Program-made: the position numbers and the translations under genes
Notes under the pieces: model-generated
Told to the model about the DNA's origin: nothing
Databases searched by the model: none
What the model saw: only the letters and a program-made list of their open reading frames with translations
From: an uncultured Gammaproteobacteria bacterium
GTDB taxonomy: Bacteria; Patescibacteriota; Patescibacteriia; Magasanikbacterales; GWA2-37-8
Direction: 5' to 3'
Assembly (NCBI GenBank): GCA_964444705.1
Contig: CAYUHX010000001.1
Location: 17,055 to 81,054, forward strand
Length of the DNA stretch: 64,000 nucleotides
Part shown: positions 47,578 through 56,587 of the stretch, piece by piece
Position numbering within the stretch: the stretch's first letter is position 1
Layout: every line of letters starts with the position of its first letter

Positions 47578-48038
47578 GAATTTTGAATCGCATATAACGT
47601 GCGAAGAGCATCTATCTGCTTATCTAAAAGAAGTTTCTGTACTTTACTATTAAGATCATTTTTTGAATCGATCAGATGCTCAAGCTCTACACTTTGTTTC
47701 AGTAAAGGACGAAGTATTTCTGCAAAATCAATTGTGGCCAACGCAGCCGCATTTTCAAAATGCGCTGTTTCAAGGGCTTTTTTTAAGGCTTCTCTTAACT
47801 TAGGTTTTGAAGTACCTTTATATTCTGGCATGCGCTCCATTAATCTTACCCATCCCTCAAAAGTTTCTTGCACCTCTTCTACAAAATCAGGATTACCCGA
47901 TACATCAATCATATTTAACAACTGAGTTTTTCCTTCTTTGCCATCTTTTGACCCATTATCACCACGACCCTTTACATCAATAATGGGAAAACCACCCATA
48001 CGAGTTTCTTTAGATGAAGGTTGATGTTGAGAAAGCAT
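47574..48038 (-). CDS. Hypothetical protein
   Basis: 154-aa ORF; upstream minus-strand promoter TTGACA-17-TATTAT (about 48075-48103). Confidence 0.7.
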   Translation of the reverse strand: MLSQHQPSSKETRMGGFPIIDVKGRGDNGSKDGKEGKTQLLNMIDVSGNPDFVEEVQETFEGWVRLMERMPEYKGTSKPKLREALKKALETAHFENAAALATIDFAEILRPLLKQSVELEHLIDSKNDLNSKVQKLLLDKQIDALRTLYAIQNS

Positions 48039-48202
48039 ACTATTTTAGTAATTAATGATTAAATTTATAGTACTATAATACCACAAAAACTGCATTTTGT
48101 CAAGCTAAAATTTAGCTAAATTTAGATAAAAATAGCGTACTGTTCGCAAATAAACACCCAAACCAGTGGACACTCCGCCCCAAAATGATAGACTACTTTT
48201 CT

Positions 48203-50281
48203 ATGCCTTTTAAACTTGTTTCTTCCTACCAACCATCGGGTGACCAACCAAAAGCCATTGATCAGCTTGTCTCTGGCTTAAAACAAGGGTTTAAAAAACA
48301 AACCCTGCTTGGTGTTACTGGCTCTGGCAAAACGTTTACCATGGCAAACGTGATTACCAAGCTGCAACGACCAACTTTAGTGATCGCTCACAATAAAACC
48401 TTGGCTGCCCAACTGTGCAACGAATTTCGTGAATTTTTTCCCGAAAATGCAGTGGAATATTTTGTCAGTTACTACGATTATTATCAGCCTGAGGCCTACA
48501 TGCCGCACAGCGATACCTATATTGAAAAAGAGGCGCAAATCAACCAAGAAATTGATCGCTTGCGCCACGCCTGCACCCAAGCCCTACTCACCCGTGAAGA
48601 TGTGATTATTGTGGCGTCGGTATCAGCCATTTACGGTTTGGGTTCACCAAAAGAATACGAACAAATCGTCCTCCACGTGCGCGTGGGAGAGCTCCTTAAT
48701 CGGCGCGACATGCTCGAACACCTCATCAGCATGCAATTTGAACGCACCAATCTTGAGTTAACCCGCGGCTCATTTCGCCTCACCGGCCAAGTGATTGAGG
48801 TAATGCCAGTCAACGAAGAAATGATTTATCGCCTCGAAATAGGCAATACTATTAATAACATTGAAATCATTGACCCAGTGACTCGTAAATTACGCCACAC
48901 CGTCAACGACGCCTGGTTCTTTCCTGCGAAACATTACGTCGTGGGCGAACAAGCAAAAGCGCACGCCATTGAAACAATTCAAACTGAATTGACGGAACAG
49001 CTGGCTGCCTTTGAACGACAGGGAAAAGTACTTGAGCATGAACGGTTAAAACGCCGAGTGAGTTATGATCTTGAACTTATTCGCAATCTTGGTTATTGCA
49101 ATGGCATTGAAAATTATTCCCGCCATTTTGATGGCCGCGCCGAGGGCGAGCCGCCGTTTAGTCTGCTTGACTATTTTACCCACGGTGCACGTACATTTCT
49201 CACCATTATCGATGAATCACACGTCACGTTACCCCAGCTTCGTGCGATGTATGCCGGCGACAGAGCCCGCAAAGAAACATTGGTTGAACACGGGTTTCGT
49301 TTACCAAGCGCCAAAGACAATCGTCCGCTCACCTACCCTGAGTTTGAAGCACGCACCGAAGGAGTGATATATGTTTCCGCCACACCAACTGAATATGAAA
49401 TAGCAGAAAGTGCCCAGGTGGTAGAACAGGTGGTGCGCCCCACTGGTCTTATTGACCCGGAAGTGCTCATCTGCCCCATCACTGGCCTCGGCAATCTTTC
49501 ACAAATTGAAGATCTTTTGGTGCGCATTGAGGCACGGATCAAAAAAAATGAACGTGTGCTCGTAACCACACTCACCAAACGTATGGCCGAAGACCTCACC
49601 GATTATTTACATGAGAAAAAAATTAAAGTGAGCTACCTTCACAGCGATATCAAAACTCTTGAGCGGGTGGAAACAATTATGAATTTACGCTTGGGAAAAA
49701 TTGATGTGCTGGTAGGTGTCAACCTGCTCCGCGAAGGCCTTGATATGCCTGAGGTGTCCCTCGTTGCCATTCTTGATGCGGATAAAGAAGGTTTTCTGCG
49801 CAGTGAAACCAGCTTAATTCAAACCATAGGCCGCGCGGCCCGCAATGTAAATGGGCAGGTTGTGTTGTATGCAGATCACTCCACTGGCTCGATTGAGCGA
49901 GCAGTGGCTGAAACGAATCGTCGCCGTGCCATTCAACTCGCCTACAATACGGAACATGGCATCACTCCGAAAACAATTGAAAAAACAATTCGAAATATTT
50001 TGGAAGAGTTTGGTATTTCTGAAAAGAATAAGGAGCATGGAACAAGGAACAAAAAAAACCACACACTCAGCACTACCGATCTCGATTTACTCGGCGATGC
50101 CAGACCACTTAAAGACATTATCAAAGACAAAGAGGCGCAGATGAAAGAAGCGGCGCGCACATTAGAATTTGAGCTGGCTGCAATTTTGCGTGATGAGGTG
50201 CGTGAACTCACTGCTCGACTTAAAACTGGCGAGAAAACGACTCATCAAAAAAAATCTACTCCCCGACGAAAAAAAATATGA
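48203..50281 (+). CDS. uvrB: Excinuclease ABC subunit B
   Basis: GDQPKAI, GVTGSGKT, YYDYYQPEAY, DESH, GRAARN, C-terminal UVR motif. Start set at MPFK. Confidence 0.97.
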   Translation: MPFKLVSSYQPSGDQPKAIDQLVSGLKQGFKKQTLLGVTGSGKTFTMANVITKLQRPTLVIAHNKTLAAQLCNEFREFFPENAVEYFVSYYDYYQPEAYMPHSDTYIEKEAQINQEIDRLRHACTQALLTREDVIIVASVSAIYGLGSPKEYEQIVLHVRVGELLNRRDMLEHLISMQFERTNLELTRGSFRLTGQVIEVMPVNEEMIYRLEIGNTINNIEIIDPVTRKLRHTVNDAWFFPAKHYVVGEQAKAHAIETIQTELTEQLAAFERQGKVLEHERLKRRVSYDLELIRNLGYCNGIENYSRHFDGRAEGEPPFSLLDYFTHGARTFLTIIDESHVTLPQLRAMYAGDRARKETLVEHGFRLPSAKDNRPLTYPEFEARTEGVIYVSATPTEYEIAESAQVVEQVVRPTGLIDPEVLICPITGLGNLSQIEDLLVRIEARIKKNERVLVTTLTKRMAEDLTDYLHEKKIKVSYLHSDIKTLERVETIMNLRLGKIDVLVGVNLLREGLDMPEVSLVAILDADKEGFLRSETSLIQTIGRAARNVNGQVVLYADHSTGSIERAVAETNRRRAIQLAYNTEHGITPKTIEKTIRNILEEFGISEKNKEHGTRNKKNHTLSTTDLDLLGDARPLKDIIKDKEAQMKEAARTLEFELAAILRDEVRELTARLKTGEKTTHQKKSTPRRKKI

Positions 50282-50910
50282 ACCGTTTAATTGGATTCAA
50301 TACAAAAATTTTTCTTTTTTTAATTTGTTCTTTTACGTCACTTTTTCTACTCATTGTTGTTGCAAATGGCACCATTCTTCGCTATCAAAAAAACATTATC
50401 CATGAGACAGATTCGGTTCCAACCACGTCTATTGCGCTCATTTTTGGTGGGGGCATGAAAAATGCCACCGAAATGGGAGAGACTCAAACCGACCGTGTGC
50501 TCCAAGGAATTGAGTTGTACAAAAAACACAAAGTGACTACTTTGGTGATGACAGGTGATGACGGCGCATGGCACGGAAACGAAGTCGATGCGATGAAAAA
50601 TTTTGCTCTTGAGCACGGCGTTACCTCAAGTGCTATTCTCATTGACCCCCACGGCTACACCACCTACCGCAGCTGTGCCCGTGCCAGCACTACTTTTCAT
50701 TTTTCACACGTCATAGCGATTTCACAAAATTTTCATTTACCACGCATTTTATTTCTTTGTCGCTCGTTCGGCATTGAAACAGACGGCCTCAGTGCCGACC
50801 TACGCCCGTACGACCGAATGCTCTACAACGAAACGAGAGAAATTGGCGCACGCGTCAAAGCCTGGCTGATGGTAACCCGCGATCGCTTAGAACGACTATT
50901 CTCAGAGTAA
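50278..50910 (+). CDS. SanA/YdcF (DUF218) family protein
   Basis: N-terminal TM, IFGGG, MTGD, NEVDAM, SQNFHLPR, RE..ARVKA. Confidence 0.85.
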   Translation: MNRLIGFNTKIFLFLICSFTSLFLLIVVANGTILRYQKNIIHETDSVPTTSIALIFGGGMKNATEMGETQTDRVLQGIELYKKHKVTTLVMTGDDGAWHGNEVDAMKNFALEHGVTSSAILIDPHGYTTYRSCARASTTFHFSHVIAISQNFHLPRILFLCRSFGIETDGLSADLRPYDRMLYNETREIGARVKAWLMVTRDRLERLFSE

Positions 50911-51022
50911 ATAGGCACCTTGCAATGGAAGATATGTATTTTTCTGAGGGCGGTTGGAGTTTTGAATAAACCCCAACCGCCACGATGAATGGCATGCCGA
51001 CCCTCCGAAGAGAAGCCGGCGC

Positions 51023-51406
51023 TCACGAGGCGGCCTCCATGCTGCTGGTGGTAACGACCGGCGGCGCGGCCTCGTGGCGAACAGGCAGATGAGCGATGGC
51101 CGGCGGCGCGGCGGCGCGCCGCTTAGCCTCGTCGCGAAGGAAGTTGTCGGCCTGCACCCAGAGCGGTACGCCGATCATAAGGCCAACCCAGAGGCCGAGA
51201 CCACACCAGAACGCCCCAGTCATGGTGGCGTCGATGCCTAGCCCCAACTCGGGAACAATTTCGTTGTCGAGCTGGGTAGCTCGAATGAGATAGGCAAGCG
51301 CCCAGAGGACAAGTACCCACCCGATGACGGTAATGAACTGACCGATCGTCCTTTGGATCTTGGCCCGCGAACCGTTCTCGATCCGGATCATGTCTTTGAT
51401 CTTCAT
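51023..51406 (-). CDS. High-GC two-TM membrane protein (cassette D)
   Basis: 127 aa; SD AAGGAG at 51413-51418; two hydrophobic helices; Ala/Pro tail; GC-rich relative to the flanks. Confidence 0.75.
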   Translation of the reverse strand: MKIKDMIRIENGSRAKIQRTIGQFITVIGWVLVLWALAYLIRATQLDNEIVPELGLGIDATMTGAFWCGLGLWVGLMIGVPLWVQADNFLRDEAKRRAAAPPAIAHLPVRHEAAPPVVTTSSMEAAS

Positions 51407-51536
51407 CTCAAACTCCTTTCTAAGTTCTGCGAAGAGCGTCTCCTCGCCACCACGCTGGTGACGAACGCTCTACTCTTCACGAACTATTGTCAAAGAACAA
51501 AAAAGGATACTACAAAATTGAGTGACATTATACTTT

Positions 51537-53279
51537 TTATGCGCCAAAGAAATTACTCAATCGTTTCAATATTGTAGGCTTAGTTCGATTAAGATATTCT
51601 TGATCCTTGGCATGCTGATATAACTTAGCCGTTAAAAGAGAAAAAAATTGCGGCACATCCACTGTTTTATCTTTTTTATTGATAATTGGAAGATTACTCC
51701 AGTCGGCATCATATAACCCTAATTTCTTTCCAAGTTTCTCGGCTTTCACACCACCCGCTGCCAACACCTTAAGATTTTCCACAATGTTGTGTGAATAAAT
51801 GCTCGCTTCTGGCACCACCTTAACTACCGCGTCGGTAAGGACATGTTCGAGGTGACGACCGTTTCCCCAACGATATATCACCGAAGTATTTTTCTCTGTT
51901 GGTGCGACCGCCGTCTTTTTTGTCATCTCAGATGTTGAAGGTTGTGAATCGACTTGATCTCTGTTGCTTTGTAGCAACTCTTTTGCTCTCTTAACCTCTT
52001 GCGCAATATCGTTATCGCCTTTAAAAAGACCAGAATTTTTAAGAATGGCTTTAAACGAATCTGGGGCGTCTTCCTGTGGTGCCAAGGCTTTTTTTATTCC
52101 TTTCACAGCGTGTACCACGGCTGGATTTTCGGTTACTTGGCCTCGATGCTCATACGCAAATACGCCCGCAAATAAACCGGCAACCAGGCCAGCAGTTTGT
52201 TGCAGTCGTTTAAACACACCCTGCTTCTTTCGTGCGCGTTCTCGTTGTTGATAAACCGAAATGGCCGCTCGCTGAATCTGCGCAATATTTTCTTCATTAT
52301 CAAGCAATATCGCGTCTGGAACAGGCGCAGTAACATTCTCTTCTTTGACAACACTTACTTCTTGTTCTTTAGTCGGTTCTTCGAAAGGAGCCTCAATAAC
52401 AATATTTTCTACCTCAAGCGCAGCGAGCTCTTTAACGTCTTGGTTCGCAATTTCTGTCGCTGCCGGTGGCAACTGATCATTATCTACCAACCCAACCGAA
52501 GCGTGCTGTTCGTCTAAGAAAGACACTGCTGGCTCCCTTGCCAAAATGTTGGCTTCTTTTTCGGCAAAATTCTTAAGAGTTCCCTCAGCCTGGCTCATTT
52601 CTTCTTCAGCGGCAACCTGTTGAATTGTTTCATAGGCAATGTGTACTAGCCGACGCTGAACAGCCTGCACCAGCTCAGCAAATTTAGTTGGGTGCATAGT
52701 TCTTGCCAAGGCTCGCTGAACACCATCGGCTTCAGTATAAAGTCGACTAACAACTGCCGAAGCTGAACCGGTCTTTACCGACACTTGTTGAAAAAGATCA
52801 ATGAATTGGCGCACGATATCAAGGTGATGGCCAAGCTCAGTAGTGATATCAGTTCGCAATCGTGCATCAACTGCACTCAAGGCTTTAGAAAGTTTCATTT
52901 TGTCTGTGCCGCTTTGGTTATGTTTCTTTTTAAGAAGTGTTATTTCTGCTGCATAGGCACTCACCAATTCACTCACACCCTGCACTAGTTCCGCTGCATA
53001 ACGCAATTGAGTGGCATCAACAACTTTGTCTTGTTGCAATGCTTTTATCAATCGTTCTGGGCCTGAGAACAGTGCCGCAAAATATTCTTGATGTGCTCGT
53101 GGCGCATCAAGATATTCTTCTTGCAACTGCGGACCCTTAATCGGACGGGCAATTAAAACAATTTCTTTACGCACCTGGGCCAAGCTTTCTGCAATGGCTT
53201 TTAATGTATAGTTTTTTTCTTCTCTTTTTAAATCAACTACCTCACCAAGAAACCTGTTACGGGATTCAGAAATAGGCAT
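51537..53279 (-). CDS. Hypothetical coiled-coil protein with one internal hydrophobic segment
   Basis: About 580-aa ORF; helical N-half, acidic linker, TAGLVAGLFAGVFAY segment; start 53279 or 53285. Confidence 0.7.
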   Translation of the reverse strand: MPISESRNRFLGEVVDLKREEKNYTLKAIAESLAQVRKEIVLIARPIKGPQLQEEYLDAPRAHQEYFAALFSGPERLIKALQQDKVVDATQLRYAAELVQGVSELVSAYAAEITLLKKKHNQSGTDKMKLSKALSAVDARLRTDITTELGHHLDIVRQFIDLFQQVSVKTGSASAVVSRLYTEADGVQRALARTMHPTKFAELVQAVQRRLVHIAYETIQQVAAEEEMSQAEGTLKNFAEKEANILAREPAVSFLDEQHASVGLVDNDQLPPAATEIANQDVKELAALEVENIVIEAPFEEPTKEQEVSVVKEENVTAPVPDAILLDNEENIAQIQRAAISVYQQRERARKKQGVFKRLQQTAGLVAGLFAGVFAYEHRGQVTENPAVVHAVKGIKKALAPQEDAPDSFKAILKNSGLFKGDNDIAQEVKRAKELLQSNRDQVDSQPSTSEMTKKTAVAPTEKNTSVIYRWGNGRHLEHVLTDAVVKVVPEASIYSHNIVENLKVLAAGGVKAEKLGKKLGLYDADWSNLPIINKKDKTVDVPQFFSLLTAKLYQHAKDQEYLNRTKPTILKRLSNFFGA

Positions 53280-53308
53280 ATACATTGAATATGTTTTACA
53301 CAAATTTT

Positions 53309-54073
53309 TTAACTACGCGCAATCGTCTGATCTTCATAAGCTCCAAGATCATCGGATGCATACATATCACGCAGCATAGTATACGGCGCTGCAACAAGCT
53401 CGTCGATCGACATCGCATCAATCTGACGTTTTATTTTTTCTTTTTGCAAAGCTTCAATCAATGTTATGTAGTGCAATCGCCACTCACGAATCACATCAGG
53501 AAACGAAAATAAATCATTTTTTTTACCAAAATCTTCAGGCGAATAACTACTAATATCCTTTTGGAGCGCATTCGCATGACGCATCATTTTTTGCCACGCC
53601 CCGTGAGATAAAGATTTCAGACTGCTCTCTGAAACAGTTTGAAGTAACGCTTTGGTATAACGAACGGCGTTATCAAGCACGTGTTTTCGAAACAACAATC
53701 GCCGCGTATGGATCTCATGCTCTTTTTGAGTAACCACTTTTTCATTTTCCGTTTTGAGAGCAGATTGTCTTGCTGCAAAAAGCGTTTCAAGCTCGCGTAA
53801 CTGGTTGGCAACTACGCGGTGGGTGCCTTTGATATGCTGCAGAAGTTCTCTTGTTTGGTGAGGGGTAATTCCTTCTTTAGCGAACACATGCCTGCTCACC
53901 ATGTCTTCAAGCGGCCAAATAACGACGATACAGTCATCTTTATCTTCTTGTGACACTCTGGCAGTTTGAATTATTCTTTTTAAATCGCCTAATTTTTCTG
54001 CTAACGAAACATTTTTTTCAGCTGCGGCAATTGGTTCTGAATGTTCTCTTGTTTGAGCGTGAACATTGCGCAT
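53309..54073 (-). CDS. Hypothetical helical protein
   Basis: 254-aa ORF; upstream extended -10 TGcTATACT. Confidence 0.7.
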   Translation of the reverse strand: MRNVHAQTREHSEPIAAAEKNVSLAEKLGDLKRIIQTARVSQEDKDDCIVVIWPLEDMVSRHVFAKEGITPHQTRELLQHIKGTHRVVANQLRELETLFAARQSALKTENEKVVTQKEHEIHTRRLLFRKHVLDNAVRYTKALLQTVSESSLKSLSHGAWQKMMRHANALQKDISSYSPEDFGKKNDLFSFPDVIREWRLHYITLIEALQKEKIKRQIDAMSIDELVAAPYTMLRDMYASDDLGAYEDQTIARS

Positions 54074-54270
54074 GTCACACTGATTATTATTCTATGTACA
54101 AAAAGTATAGCACAAAAAACCCAATCAAACACGGCCCGAGCGATATCCCAACTTCTCCATCTCTCTTTTTAAAAAGAGAGGTAGAAAAGCTGACCGACGG
54201 CACCCGAAACCAACTGCTGTTGGTGGGTGCCGTCGCTGTGTGTACTCCTAACAAACAAAAACGAAATGGA

Positions 54271-56240
54271 TCAGACCACTGTAGCCTGCTCCGCGATCAG
54301 GGCGCGGAGTTCTGCGGCGTCTTTGGCCGCGGCGCGGATCTGGAGCTCCTCGAGCCGCTGGTGCCGCCGCCGCGTCGACCGTCGCACGAAGTTCTCCCAA
54401 TATCGCGGAAGCCGCTCGGGCGGCTTGGGCGCCGCTGGCGCCGCCGCTTTCGGCAACACCCGGTTGAGCCAACGGAGGTTGACCCAAAGGATCACTGCCG
54501 ACACCAGGCACAACCCCACCAGGAGGAGGAAGAACCAGTGGTGGGGCCAGGGCTTCCAGAACCTCCCGAGCGCGGCGCGAGCTTGCTGACCAGCGCCAGC
54601 CCCATGGGGGACAGGCACAGCTCAGCCAGGGTGACGACGAAGTAGCTGCTGATGAGCCAGAGCGGGCTCACTCGGCCAGAGTTGCCACCGGCGAGCGAAC
54701 CCACCACCATGATCAGGTACGAGATGGCCGTAAGCACCATCCCAATGCCGATCTTGGCTGCGGTGGACGGCTGACGGCCGCGCTTCTCGAGGAAGACTCC
54801 GAAGAACCAGTTGAGAACTGGCGTCAGAGTCACGACGAAAAACGGGTTGACGCTATTGTAAACAATAGCGCCGGGCTTCCAGCCGAGGATGCTCTCGCGG
54901 GTGTGGTCGTCGGCCCAGAAGACCAAAACGCTGCCGTTCTGGTGAAACGCCGCCCAGAAAAAAATGACAATCACACAAATAACACTGATCGCGAGGATCC
55001 GTAGACCCTCGACGAGCGGCGGCTCGCGCGCGTCTTCGTATTCCTTGGGCAAGGGGACCCCAAGGACGGCCGCGACACTCGATCTCTGATCCGCCAGCTT
55101 GAACCAGCGGTAGCACGCGGCGGCGATGACGAAGCCGACCATCATGCCGACACCGGCCGCCGAGAATGCCGCCGCCCACCCGTAGTGCGCCACCATGTAG
55201 TCGGCAACAAAGGGGCTAAAAAATGCCCCAATGTTGACGCCCATGTAGAAGACGCTGAAGGCAGCGTCCCGCCGCGAATCGCCGGCGGGATACATGTTCC
55301 CCAGCATCGTCCCGATGCTGGGCTTGAACATGCCGTTCCCCAAGACGATGAGAATGATCGCCGTCCAGAGAAACTTGGGAGGAGCGCCGAGCGCGAAGTA
55401 GCCCACGGCCATGAGGGCCGCGCCGAAGAGCACCGCCTTCCGATAGCCCAGCCACCGGTCGGCGATGATGCCCCCGAAGAACGGGGCGAAATAGGTCAAC
55501 GCGATGAAGCTCCCATACGTACTCGAGGCTTCGGCCGCCGAGTACCCCAAGTGCTTCTTGAGGTACAAGGTGAAAATGGCCAGCATCAGGTAGTAGCCGA
55601 AGCGCTCCCACATCTCGACCATAAAAAACGCGTAGAGCTGACGCGGGTGCCGGGGACCAGAGGAGCGGCGGGTCGCGAGCTTGCTGAGGAGGCGAGCGAT
55701 CGGACGGAATGGCCAGTTCCGCCTGGTCACGGCCCAGTCATCGGCTAAGAGCCAACTCCAATACCGGAGCTCCGCCATGAGCTCGCCGATCCAGGGGTGC
55801 GCCTTGAGGAAGCGCGCCCGGCGGTAAGCCGCGATGCGAGCCTGCTGCGCCCTCCTCTCGGCGCGCTCCGCCTGCCGAATGGCGTTGATGCGGGCCGCGC
55901 CATCACGGCGGATCTGCTGGGCACGCTCGAACGCAGCGAAACGCGCGAGAAGCCGCTGCCACGGGGGCGACACGCCCGAGTGGACCAGCGCGTACGCCGC
56001 CCGCCCGGCGGTGAAAAACCAGAAGATGGCGGGCGCGACGAAGTTGAAAAACTCACGGGCCGGCGGGGCAAGCCGCTGCCGAACGGCGTCCACGGTCGCG
56101 AGCACGCGCCGTTTGACGCTGGCGAACGTCGCGGCCACCACGGTGAAAAATGCGATGATCTTGAGCACCACCCGCTCCTCGATGAGAAGCTGCGGAGCCG
56201 TCATAGTTGCCTTGGCCTGGATCGGACGCTTTCTCTTCAT
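54271..56240 (-). pseudogene. High-GC POT/PTR2 proton-dependent oligopeptide transporter, with a long N-terminal extension and a frameshifting deletion near the 3' end (cassette E)
   Basis: EMWERFGYY (ExxERFxYY), GGIIADRWLG, GNGMFKPS, FYMGVNIG and ELCLSPMGL motifs. After KLAP the frame reads low-complexity sequence, while the last TM (FWKPWPHHWFFLLLVGLCLVSAVILW) lies in another frame ending at 54271. Confidence 0.8.
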
Positions 56241-56493
56241 GAGCGACCTCGCATGATTATTTATTTCCGTTGTTCAAAGAGGGTTAACTCATCTGCCACA
56301 CCGGCAGCTGAGCCCTCTCCTCTTTGCCAACACTTTTTGACCCACCCAAGGCGGACGAGAGTTAATTCTCCGTAGCTTTTTGTTACGAGACTTCCAATCA
56401 ACACCTCGTCAGTTCTACTGCGAGGTACTTCATTTGTAAAGAACAGATACAAAATAAGCGCACCGATGTTTTCCGTACGCCTTATCTATACTG

Positions 56494-56522
56494 AACGTAG
56501 CACAAAAACGACCAAAAGTCAA
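56494..56522 (-). promoter_or_regulatory. Promoter of cassette E
   Basis: TTGACT (56522-56517), 17 bp, extended TG-c-TACGTT (56499-56494). Confidence 0.65.
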
Positions 56523-56587
56523 TGGTCTTAAGGTACAAAAAAAGCCCACTTTTTAAGCAAAAAATGGGCCCAGACGTTTATGTTGCC

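Noticed and set aside
53950-56375. Several overlapping ORFs (231, 187, 192, 140, 131 aa and others) around the POT gene
   Set aside because: Stop-poor alternative frames of GC-rich DNA; only the POT frame and its displaced C-terminal frame carry family motifs.
43983-56522. High-GC cassettes as integron cassettes, IS elements, prophage or retron
   Set aside because: No integrase, transposase, reverse transcriptase, attC-like ends, terminal repeats or target-site duplications were seen in the window.
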